Assembly (NCBI GenBank): GCA_023420245.1
Contig: JAEZWL010000004.1
Location: 1-14,984 of the forward strand
DNA from: Bacillota bacterium
GTDB lineage: Bacteria; Bacillota; Clostridia; Oscillospirales; Acutalibacteraceae
DNA length: 14,984 nt
Reading direction: 5' to 3'
Of this stretch, positions 8,121 to 14,984 are shown piece by piece; the first letter of the stretch is position 1, and every line of letters starts with the position of its first letter. A program made the position numbers and the translations under genes. Under the pieces are notes generated by a model. That model was not told the origin of the DNA. It searched no databases and saw nothing but the letters and a program-made list of their open reading frames with translations.

Positions 8121-8997
8121 GCTTCGCTTTATTGTTCACCACGCTGAACAGAATCAGCCCGGTAAGAATAACCGCGCCGCCGATAAAGGTGGAGATATCC
8201 GGTACTTCAAAAATAACAATATATCCCAAAAGCAGGGAAAAGAGCGGCGTCGCAAACATATAATTTGTGACGTCGCTTGTTTTTTCGGCAATGGAGAGGG
8301 CTTTTGTCCATAAGACATAGGCGATCGCGCTTGGGAAAATTCCCAGATAAATAATCACAAGAATCTGGTTTACCGGAGCGGCGGCAATCTGAGTTACCGC
8401 GTCAGGCAAAAAGAACAGCAGCAGGATAGTACCCGCGAAAATGCTGTAGGCGGTAGATTGGAACGCGGTATACTTTTTGGAATACTGCCGCTGCGTCAGA
8501 TTATACCCGCTCAGCAGCACGGCGGCACATATCATCCAGATTACGCCCTGATTGATGGAAAAAACGCCGTTCCACAGGGTTAAAATCAACACGCCGCAAA
8601 ACTCGATGCCGATCGCGACCCAGCCGGCAACCCGTATTCTCTCCTGAAACAGAAACCGGGCGCAGAGCGCGGTGATAATTGGAACGGTTGCGATCAGAAC
8701 ACTGCCGGTGGTGGAGGTAAGGGTTTCGGAGCCCTTGTTGAACGTAACCATATAGAGGGTAAATCCCATCGCCCCGGAGAAAAAGAATTTCGGTATGTCG
8801 CGTGTGTCGGGCAGACCGATTTTTTTTATGGCGGCAATAAGGATCAGGACTGCGGACGCCGCCAAATATCTTAAAAGACCCAAAGCCGAGGAGGAGAAAT
8901 AACCGAGTGCGACCTTGGTAAAAACATAGGCGGAGGCCCAGAGAACCACCGTGCCGAAGGCATAGATGTGACTGGATGAGAGCAGCTTTTTTTTCAT
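8098..8997 (-). CDS. EamA/DMT-superfamily transporter (10-TM drug/metabolite exporter family)
   Basis: 299-aa ORF on the - strand. GGAGG lies 6-7 nt upstream of ATG. The twin 5-TM EamA repeats are visible (MKKKLLSSSHIYAFGTVVLWASAYVFTKVAL...). It is convergent with the DUF212 gene, and the 3' ends overlap by 23 bp. Confidence 0.85.
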   Translation of the reverse strand: MKKKLLSSSHIYAFGTVVLWASAYVFTKVALGYFSSSALGLLRYLAASAVLILIAAIKKIGLPDTRDIPKFFFSGAMGFTLYMVTFNKGSETLTSTTGSVLIATVPIITALCARFLFQERIRVAGWVAIGIEFCGVLILTLWNGVFSINQGVIWMICAAVLLSGYNLTQRQYSKKYTAFQSTAYSIFAGTILLLFFLPDAVTQIAAAPVNQILVIIYLGIFPSAIAYVLWTKALSIAEKTSDVTNYMFATPLFSLLLGYIVIFEVPDISTFIGGAVILTGLILFSVVNNKAKPMPDEKR

Positions 8998-9140
8998 GGG
9001 GAACCTCCGTTGCGTTATACTTCATAACCCCCTCCGTATACGAAGGGCGTTCACATTCCGGCTTGCGGGGCTGAATCCGTTGCCTGGTCGTTGCGGCTCA
9101 GCGCGGGGAGAATTCCGTCCTGCGCTGCATCGCTCGAAAT
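8998..9140 (-). promoter_or_regulatory. long GC-rich 5' leader of the EamA transporter mRNA (candidate cis-regulatory RNA, class not recognised)
   Basis: About 140 nt lie between the predicted TSS and the ATG. The motif ACGGAGG occurs twice, each followed by an ATG. The first ATG is out of frame and opens a spurious-looking Arg-rich ORF. Several GC-rich inverted repeats are present, e.g. CAGCGC...GCGCTG. Confidence 0.3.
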
Positions 9141-9142
9141 TA

Positions 9143-9171
9143 ATTATAGGTGTAATTTTAACGGTTGTAAA
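9143..9171 (-). promoter_or_regulatory. sigma-A promoter for the EamA gene (minus strand), TTTACA-17-TATAAT
   Basis: On the - strand TTTACA is the reverse complement of 9166-9171 and TATAAT is the reverse complement of 9143-9148, with a 17-nt spacer. This places the TSS near 9136, leaving a leader of about 140 nt. Confidence 0.6.
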
Positions 9172-9323
9172 TAGAGGTAAAATCAAAATCTGTGATTGTG
9201 ATAATATTCAGAATTTAAGATTCTAAAATATAGACATTTTTCAGGAGGAATGTGCCCGCCGCGCCGCGGTTGCATAGTATATAGCGGAGAATATTCTTCA
9301 AATATGATATTAGGTGGGTTTGT

Positions 9324-9815
9324 ATGAGTAATTATTTATGCAGTAACAGCCTTTCTCAGGGCCTGCTTCCTGAAACCTCAAGAACAGAAAGACAGGCTGC
9401 GCTCAATGCTTCCAGCGGCGGTGTGGGACCTCTGCCGATTATAACCACATTGTTTGCGGAGCCGCTGAATGTGGTCTCAACCGGAATCGATACCCGCGGA
9501 ATGCAGAAAACAAACAACCTGCTGAATTTCAGCAGCATTATTAATCTGCCGTTAGGCGTATCCGTGACTCTGAATTTCCAGATTCGCCGTTCTCTGAACG
9601 GCGGTGCGCCGGTTGGCGTGGGCTCTACCTATACCTTCTCAACGCTGGTGGATGTCCTGGAAGCGGAATATTTTGGCTTCCAGTTTCTTGACCCGGATGT
9701 GGAACCCGGCTTCTACACCTATACCGTTCAGCTGTCGACCAATTCCATCATCGATATTACTCCCGGTACGTCGGTTAACAATGCCGTTCTCAGCGTGCTG
9801 GCGGTTGCCGAATAA
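9324..9815 (+). CDS. hypothetical protein (163 aa), orphan; possible spore-surface/BclA-like beta-sandwich protein
   Basis: AGGTGG lies 6 nt upstream of ATG. There is no signal peptide or TM helix. The N-terminal 45 aa look low-complexity (SGGVGPLPIITT). The C-terminal half is beta-rich (VSVTLNFQIRR..., GFYTYTVQLSTNSIIDITPGTSVNNAVLSVLAV). A terminator lies 100 nt downstream. Confidence 0.7.
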   Translation: MSNYLCSNSLSQGLLPETSRTERQAALNASSGGVGPLPIITTLFAEPLNVVSTGIDTRGMQKTNNLLNFSSIINLPLGVSVTLNFQIRRSLNGGAPVGVGSTYTFSTLVDVLEAEYFGFQFLDPDVEPGFYTYTVQLSTNSIIDITPGTSVNNAVLSVLAVAE

Positions 9816-9914
9816 GTCCGGTGCTCAAAGCTCCGGAAAAAATTTATTCAAATACAGGAAACAGCGGGAACACTCGCACGGTCTGGCGACAAACGATTGG
9901 AAAACGGATAGCGG

Positions 9915-9952
9915 TCACCCGATAAGCCTCTTACCGGGTGATTATTTTTTTT
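9915..9952 (+). terminator. Rho-independent terminator
   Basis: TCACCCG and CGGGTGA form a 7-bp stem around loop ATAAGCCTCTTAC, followed by TTATTTTTTTTT. Confidence 0.8.
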
Positions 9953-9959
9953 GAAGCCT

Positions 9960-9988
9960 TTGAAATACAATTCGCAGGGAAGTATAAT
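9960..9988 (+). promoter_or_regulatory. sigma-A promoter TTGAAA-17-TATAAT for the ThrE-family operon
   Basis: Consensus-like -35 and perfect -10 with a 17-nt spacer. The predicted TSS near 9995 gives a leader of about 135 nt. Confidence 0.65.
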
Positions 9989-10045
9989 AGAAAAAGTGAA
10001 TATCCTATTTTTCCGCTGCCACGCACAGGAAGGAATGGGGCAGCC

Positions 10046-10108
10046 ATGAAAAAACACACCCGAACATATACTTACCGAAAGGGAAGCTTTTTCCGGATTC
10101 CCGGATAG
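10046..10108 (+). other. candidate 20-codon leader ORF (MKKHTRTYTYRKGSFFRIPG) in the ThrE operon leader
   Basis: ATG at 10046 lies immediately 3' of a GCTGCC...GGCAGC hairpin (10015-10044), with a G-rich stretch upstream. The ORF ends at TAG 10106-10108, 22 nt before the operon start codon. The peptide is Thr/Tyr-rich. Confidence 0.25.
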
Positions 10109-10130
10109 TACCGATAAAAGGATGCTTTGA

Positions 10131-10892
10131 ATGAACTATGAGGATTTAATCAACACAACGACCGAGGTCGGCTATCTGCTGCTCGCCAATGGCGCTGAAA
10201 TTTACCGCGTTGAGGAATCAATGCAGCGTATTTTCCGCGCTTACGGGGCCTGCGGCGATATCTTTGCGATTCCCACCTGCATCTATGTAACCGTCAGCAA
10301 CGATCAGGGCGCTCCGCTGACGAAAATCAAGCGGGTCTATTCGCGCCAAACCGATTTGGAAAAAGTAGAACGCCTGAACAATCTCAGCCGAACCATCTGC
10401 CGGGAGAAGCCGGATTTTAAAACCATCCGGCAGGAATTGCGCGGAATTGACGCAAGGAAGGCATATACTCTGCCGGAGCAGGTGGTAGCCTTTTCGCTGG
10501 TCGCGTTTTTCTTTACGTTGTTTTACGGCGGTAATTTGCCCGACGCGGTTTGCGCCATCCTGTGCGGAGCGGCAGTCAAGGGCGTTAGCTACCAGATGGA
10601 GCGGTTCCACGCCAACTCCTTTTTTACCAATATTCTGGCGAGCGCCGCCGCCGCCGCTATCGCGCTTACCGCCGTCCATTTTTACGCGGGGCTGAACGCG
10701 GATAAGATTATCATCGGTGCTTTGATGAACCTGGTTCCCGGAATCGCCATCACCAGCTTTATGCGGGATTTGATCGCGGGAGATTTGATTGCCGGTCTGA
10801 TTCGTTTGACCGAAAGCCTGCTGGTTGCCACGGCCATTGCCATTGGCGCAGGCTTGGCGCTGACCGTAACCCGGTCAATCTGGGGGGTGTAA
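10131..10892 (+). CDS. threonine/serine exporter family protein, ThrE N-type subunit (DUF1212, YjjP-like)
   Basis: AAGGA lies 10 nt upstream. MNYEDLINTTTEVGYLLLANGAEIYRVEESMQRIFRAYG is typical of the DUF1212/ThrE family. Multi-TM C-terminal half. Confidence 0.8.
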   Translation: MNYEDLINTTTEVGYLLLANGAEIYRVEESMQRIFRAYGACGDIFAIPTCIYVTVSNDQGAPLTKIKRVYSRQTDLEKVERLNNLSRTICREKPDFKTIRQELRGIDARKAYTLPEQVVAFSLVAFFFTLFYGGNLPDAVCAILCGAAVKGVSYQMERFHANSFFTNILASAAAAAIALTAVHFYAGLNADKIIIGALMNLVPGIAITSFMRDLIAGDLIAGLIRLTESLLVATAIAIGAGLALTVTRSIWGV

Positions 10893-10894
10893 CG

Positions 10895-11341
10895 ATGACA
10901 AACTACGTGCTTCCCTGCTTTTACGCGTTTGCCGCCTGCATGGCGTTCTCCATCGTATTCAATCTGCGCGGTAAAATCCTGTGGTCCGCCTCCTTTGGCG
11001 GGGCGCTGGGCTGGCTGGTATACCTGCTCTTCGGCTTTTTGCAGAACGATATTTTTCAGTTTTTTCTCGCGACCGTCGCTATTTCCGTTTATTCCGAAAT
11101 TATGGCGAGGCTTCACAAGGCTCCGGTAACGGGCTACCTGCTTGTGGCTCTGCTTCCGCTGGTGCCCGGCGGCGGAATCTACTACACGATGGAATACTGC
11201 ATCATCGGCAATACGGAGATGTTTCTCGAAACCGGGCTGCACACGCTCGGCATCGCCGGCGCGCTGGCAATGGGGATTCTGCTGGTTTCCTCCTTCGTCC
11301 GCCTCTGGCATATCATTACCTCAACCGAAGATAAAGCATAG
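10895..11341 (+). CDS. threonine/serine exporter family protein, small subunit (DUF3815, YjjB-like)
   Basis: Starts 2 nt after the stop of the upstream gene. 148 aa, 4-5 TM helices. It is the canonical partner of DUF1212 proteins. Confidence 0.75.
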   Translation: MTNYVLPCFYAFAACMAFSIVFNLRGKILWSASFGGALGWLVYLLFGFLQNDIFQFFLATVAISVYSEIMARLHKAPVTGYLLVALLPLVPGGGIYYTMEYCIIGNTEMFLETGLHTLGIAGALAMGILLVSSFVRLWHIITSTEDKA

Positions 11342-11362
11342 AAATAAAAATTTATAGCCGTA

Positions 11363-11407
11363 GCAATGCCGGAATTCGGATTTCAAATCCGAATTCCGGC
11401 ATTGCTT
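11363..11407. repeat. 45-bp perfect palindrome (22-bp arms around a single central C) containing an internal GAATTC core
   Basis: AGCAATGCCGGAATTCGGATTT-C-AAATCCGAATTCCGGCATTGCT. It lies 22 nt downstream of the exporter operon stop. There is no T-tract on the 3' side. An A/T-rich tract (GAAATAAAAATTTATAG) lies on the 5' side. Confidence 0.7.
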
Positions 11408-11468
11408 GTACGGAGAATGTGCTCTCGGAGAAAGTCCATCGTTGGTATTCCCTATTGAATCGGATTGT

Positions 11469-11477
11469 GCTATAATA
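11469..11477 (+). promoter_or_regulatory. extended -10 promoter (TGcTATAAT) upstream of ruvC
   Basis: TG at 11469-11470 and TATAAT at 11472-11477. No well-spaced -35 is present: TTGAAT lies only 10 nt upstream. Confidence 0.35.
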
Positions 11478-11563
11478 ATACGAATAATGGATTGGTATAC
11501 CTTGCCTGAGACAGACGCGTGTAACAGCGGAATGAATTACAGAATGCGGGAGCGGAGGAACGG

Positions 11564-12094
11564 ATGGTTATACTTGGAATAGACCCCGGTTACGCCATTA
11601 TCGGGTACGGCGTCATCCGCGCGGAACGCGGGCGCTTTCAGCCGCTGGAGCACGGCGCTGTCGTCACCCGGGCGGAAGAACCTTTCAACCGCCGTCTTGA
11701 GATTATTTATGATTCGCTCGCGTCCGTCATAGAGCATTGGAAGCCGGACGCCGTCTCGATTGAAAAGCTATTTTTTCAGAACAACCAAAAAACGGCGATC
11801 GGGGTCGCGGAGGCCAGAGGGGTTATCCTGCTGGCGGCGCAGAAGGCAAAAATTCAGGTTTATGAATACACGCCGCTGCAGGTAAAAATGGCGGTGACCG
11901 GCTACGGTCAGGCGCACAAGCCGCAGGTGATGGAAATGACACGCAGGCTGCTTTGCTTAAAGGAAATCCCCAAGCCGGATGATACCGCGGACGCGCTTGC
12001 CATGGCAATTTGCCACGGGCACGCGGCGGGCTCCGCCCTGCGGCGCTCCCTGCTTCAGCCCGGAGCGGTCTTGACCAATAAAAACAGGAATTAA
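11564..12094 (+). CDS. ruvC: crossover junction endodeoxyribonuclease RuvC
   Basis: GGAGG lies 5 nt upstream. MVILGIDPGYAIIGYGVI... carries the RuvC catalytic GIDPG motif. 176 aa. Confidence 0.9.
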   Translation: MVILGIDPGYAIIGYGVIRAERGRFQPLEHGAVVTRAEEPFNRRLEIIYDSLASVIEHWKPDAVSIEKLFFQNNQKTAIGVAEARGVILLAAQKAKIQVYEYTPLQVKMAVTGYGQAHKPQVMEMTRRLLCLKEIPKPDDTADALAMAICHGHAAGSALRRSLLQPGAVLTNKNRN

Positions 12095-12108
12095 TTCAGG
12101 AGTTGGCT

Positions 12109-12711
12109 ATGTTTTACAGTGTGAAAGGAACCCTAACCCATACCGAGCCGGGCATCACGGTGGTGGAATGCGGCGGAGTCGGCTTTAAATGCTTCACTAC
12201 CCTCAGCACCCAGCGCGCGCTGCCGAAGCAGGGCGAGGAGGTGCTGCTCTACACGCACCTTAACGTGCGGGAGGACGCACTCGATCTGTTTGGGTTTGCC
12301 ACCGTGAGCGAGCTGAACTGCTTTAAGATGCTTACCTCCGTAAGCGGCGTCGGACCCAAGGTCGGTCTTGCCATCCTTTCGGAGCTTGCGCCGGAACAGG
12401 TGGCCATGGCGGTCGCTACCGGAGACAGCAAAACGCTTACCCGCGCGAGCGGGGTCGGCGCGAAGCTGGCACAGCGCATTACCCTTGAGCTGAAAGACAA
12501 GGTAAAAGGGATGCAGTCCGGCACCGAGGGAGTCGTTCCGACCGGCATTGCTTCCGCTTCCTCCAACGCGGGTGCGGCAGTGAACGCGCTGACGGTTCTG
12601 GGCTATTCTCCGTCCGACGCGGCGGCGGTAGTCGCGCGGTTCGACAGTGCCCTGCCGGTGGAAGAGCTGATCCGTCTTTCCTTAAGGGCAATGGCAAGCG
12701 GGATGAAATAA
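12109..12711 (+). CDS. ruvA: Holliday junction branch migration protein RuvA
   Basis: AGGAG lies 7 nt upstream of ATG 12109 (MFYSVKGTL...). The ORF-track start 12103 is a TTG. OB-fold N-terminus plus HhH motifs (VSGVGPKVGLAILS, ASGVGAKLAQRI) and a C-terminal domain III. Confidence 0.9.
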   Translation: MFYSVKGTLTHTEPGITVVECGGVGFKCFTTLSTQRALPKQGEEVLLYTHLNVREDALDLFGFATVSELNCFKMLTSVSGVGPKVGLAILSELAPEQVAMAVATGDSKTLTRASGVGAKLAQRITLELKDKVKGMQSGTEGVVPTGIASASSNAGAAVNALTVLGYSPSDAAAVVARFDSALPVEELIRLSLRAMASGMK

Positions 12712-12806
12712 CCAAAAAATACCCTTGCAAATATAAGGATGCTTTTTCAAGTCAACCGGCGATACCACAAAAAGCCATAGCGGTAAGATAATTGCAGGTG
12801 AAAAAA

Positions 12807-13856
12807 ATGGATTATGAAAATGAATATGATTTCGAAAACCGCATGGTGGCTCCTGAGTATGTGCCGGAGGACGCGGAAGTAGAAAATCCGCTCCGCCCGA
12901 GAGCGCTCAGCGAATATATTGGGCAGGATAAGGTAAAAGAGAATCTTTCCGTTTTTATTGAGGCGGCAAGGCAGCGAAGGGAGTCGCTCGACCATGTTCT
13001 GCTCTACGGTCCGCCGGGGCTTGGCAAAACCACGCTTGCGGGAATCATCGCGAACGAGCTGAATGTGAATCTCCGCATTACCTCCGGTCCGGCAATCGAA
13101 AAGCCGGGTGATCTCGCGGCTCTGCTAACCAACCTGAACCCCGGCGATGTACTGTTCATCGATGAGGTTCACCGGTTATCCCGCAGTGTGGAGGAAATTC
13201 TTTACCCCGCGATGGAGGACTTTGCGCTCGACATCATTACCGGAAAGGGACAGATGGCGGCTTCCTATCATTTGCCCCTGCCAAAATTCACGCTTGTGGG
13301 CGCTACCACGCGCGCCGGGCAGCTCAGCGCGCCGCTGCGCGACCGTTTCGGGGTCGTGCTCCGGCTGGAGATGTACTCGCCGCAGGAGCTTTGCCAGATT
13401 GTTACCCGAAGCGCGAAGATTCTTGATATCCCCATCGAAGCGGACGGCGCGCTCGAAATCGCCTCGCGTTCACGCGGACCACCGCGTATCGCGAACCGCC
13501 TGCTCAAGCGGGTGCGCGATTTCGCGCAGGTGATCAGCGACGGCGTTATCACGTATTCGTCCGCAAAAATCGGGCTGGACCGTCTGGAAATTGACGAAAC
13601 CGGGCTGGACGCGAACGACCGCAGGATGCTTTCCACGCTTATCCGCTTTTACGGCGGCGGTCCGGTCGGGCTGGAAACGCTCGCCGCGGCAATCGGTGAG
13701 GAAGCTGTTACCCTTGAGGACGTTTACGAGCCGTACCTGATGCAGATCGGGTTTTTGAGCCGCACCCCGCGCGGGCGCTGCGCCACCCATGCCGCGTATC
13801 TGCACCTGGGGCTGAATCCCCCAGGCACGGAAGGCAGCCAGCAGAAGCTGTTTTAA
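12807..13856 (+). CDS. ruvB: Holliday junction branch migration DNA helicase RuvB
   Basis: AGGTGA lies 5 nt upstream of ATG 12807 ([10 protein letters not shown]...). Walker [15 protein letters not shown] and Walker [11 protein letters not shown]. The ORF-track start 12792 is a TTG. Confidence 0.9.
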   Translation: MDYENEYDFENRMVAPEYVPEDAEVENPLRPRALSEYIGQDKVKENLSVFIEAARQRRESLDHVLLYGPPGLGKTTLAGIIANELNVNLRITSGPAIEKPGDLAALLTNLNPGDVLFIDEVHRLSRSVEEILYPAMEDFALDIITGKGQMAASYHLPLPKFTLVGATTRAGQLSAPLRDRFGVVLRLEMYSPQELCQIVTRSAKILDIPIEADGALEIASRSRGPPRIANRLLKRVRDFAQVISDGVITYSSAKIGLDRLEIDETGLDANDRRMLSTLIRFYGGGPVGLETLAAAIGEEAVTLEDVYEPYLMQIGFLSRTPRGRCATHAAYLHLGLNPPGTEGSQQKLF

Positions 13857-14020
13857 ACGGAATTTACTCTGCGCAGATACGTTGACTTATCATACAAAAC
13901 GGAATAAAGCTTGTTGATGATTGTCGCGCAAACAACGGGAAAGAAATGCAAGTTACGAGTGTGCGACTTTACCGGCATCTGATCATAGAATTTTTAAAAG
14001 AATTGGAGTGTTTCTTTCGA

Positions 14021-14984
14021 TGGGAAGATTATTTGGAACCGATGGAGTAAGAGGGGTAGCAAATACAGAGCTGACCTGTGAAATGGCAATGAGTATCGGT
14101 CGTGCGGCAGCGATGGTATTAACGGACAGCGACCACCGCCACCCCAAGATTTTAATCGGAAAGGATACGCGTGCATCCTCCGATATGCTGGAGAGCGCGA
14201 TTACCGCCGGTCTTTGCTCGGTCGGCGCAAATGTGGTGCAGCTTGGCGTCATTCCGACTCCGGCGGTTGCCTATCTGGTCGGCAAATACAAGGCGGATGC
14301 GGGCATTATGCTGACCGCCAGCCACAACCCCTGTGAGTTCAACGGAATCAAAATATTCAGCGGAGACGGCTACAAGCTTGCGGACGCGCTGGAGGAGCAG
14401 ATTGAAGCAATTGTTTTGGACCGCACGCAGATTCCCCAGTGCCCGATTGCCGGCAACGTGGGAAGTGTGTCATCCGCGCAGAATACCGTCCGCGACTATA
14501 TCGACCATATCAAGAGTACCGTTCCGTTTTCTCTCGACGACATGAAAGTCGCCATCGACTGCGCCAACGGCTCCGCCTGCCGCACCGCTGAAAAGCTGTT
14601 TACCGAGCTGGGTGCACAGTGCTTTATGCTGGCCGATAACCCGAACGGCGTAAATGTAAACGACAATTGCGGCTCCACCCATATGGAAGGTCTGATGTCT
14701 TATGTGAAGGAACATCACCTGGACGCGGGCATCGCGTTCGACGGCGACGCGGACCGCTGCCTTGCCGTGGATGAAAAGGGTCAGCTGGTTGACGGCGACT
14801 TCCTGATGGCAATCTGCGCGGCGGATTTAAAGAGCCGCGGCAAGCTTGCGAAAAACGCGGTCGTCGGTACGATCATGACAAATATGGGCTTCAACCGCTT
14901 CTGCGACGATAACGAAATCCGGTTTGCCGCCACAAAGGTGGGCGACCGTTATGTTCTGGAGGAAATGCTTCAGGAGGGCTACAA
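14021..14984 (+). CDS. glmM: phosphoglucosamine mutase, N-terminal two-thirds (3' end outside window)
   Basis: ATG 14021 (MGRLFGTDGVRGVANTELT...). Active-site phosphoserine motif TASHNP. Metal-binding AFDGDADR. No stop before the window end. Confidence 0.9.

Noticed and set aside
8501-9025. 174-aa minus-strand ORF starting at an ATG with a strong GGAGGGGG SD inside the EamA leader
   Set aside because: It is out of frame and almost entirely overlaps the well-supported EamA CDS. The translation is Arg/Gly/His-rich and low-complexity (...RLGRDRHRVLRRVDFNPVERRFF...), typical of an alternate frame of GC-rich coding DNA. I kept only the SD/ATG duplication as part of the leader finding.
9300-9362. 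One-nucleotide inconsistency between my position counting and ORF-track coordinates (apparent extra G at the 9360/9361 line junction)
   Set aside because: This is most likely my own reading error in a GGGG run. The ORF-track translation (…SQGLLPETS…) is internally consistent. I used ORF-track coordinates for CDS ends and flagged my derived coordinates as +/-1-2 nt.
9817-9845. TCCGG-TGCTCAAAGC-TCCGGA hairpin just after the stop of the orphan gene
   Set aside because: It is followed by an A-run rather than a T-run, so it is not an intrinsic terminator for either strand in a useful orientation. The real terminator is the TCACCCG/CGGGTGA hairpin with T9 at 9915-9952.
10682-11311. 209-aa minus-strand ORF antisense to the ThrE-family genes
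   Set aside because: It fully overlaps two family-recognisable + strand genes. The product is Arg/Gly/Ala/Pro-rich with no domain features, and there is no RBS.
1-14984. CRISPR arrays, IS elements, integrases, phage or defence-system genes
   Set aside because: I found no direct-repeat arrays, no transposase/integrase/recombinase-like ORFs, no terminal inverted repeats flanking a gene block, and no nuclease/TIR/Sir2/ATPase defence signatures. The accessory-looking genes are all membrane or signalling proteins.

Overview
This window reads as ordinary chromosome from a mid-GC, Gram-positive, Clostridia-like bacterium. Nearly all genes are on the + strand. I find no CRISPR array, transposase, integrase, phage genes or recognisable defence-system domains.

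Gene order:
- ilvC, 3' end only.
- DUF975 membrane protein, then a membrane-anchored XRE-family HTH regulator.
- A low-GC gene for a multi-TM GGDEF diguanylate cyclase, followed with no terminator by an unusually long (713 aa) flotillin/SPFH protein.
- DUF523 (TudS-like), TVP38/TMEM64 (DedA-like) and DUF212 (YuiD-like divergent PAP2) genes, likely one operon.
- A convergent EamA/DMT transporter gene on the - strand, behind a long GC-rich leader.
- An orphan 163-aa hypothetical protein.
- A ThrE-family two-gene exporter pair (YjjP/YjjB-like).
- ruvC-ruvA-ruvB, then the 5' part of glmM.

The parts I consider most worth a second look:
- The GGDEF-flotillin pairing. There is no NfeD partner gene, which is the usual flotillin neighbour.
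- A promoter-distal, roughly 140-nt structured leader upstream of the EamA transporter. It carries a duplicated ACGGAGG Shine-Dalgarno motif and could be a cis-regulatory RNA.
- The orphan 163-aa protein. It has a short GPLPI-type motif and a C-terminal beta-rich segment with a GFY-x-T-V motif like the one in BclA C-terminal domains.
- A 20-codon Thr/Tyr-rich upstream ORF in the ThrE leader.
- A 45-bp perfect palindrome downstream of the exporter pair.

None of these can be confirmed from sequence alone.

Coordinates I derived myself for non-CDS features may be off by 1-2 nt. Around nt 9300-9360 my character count and the supplied ORF-track coordinates differ by 1 nt. I trusted the ORF track for CDS ends.
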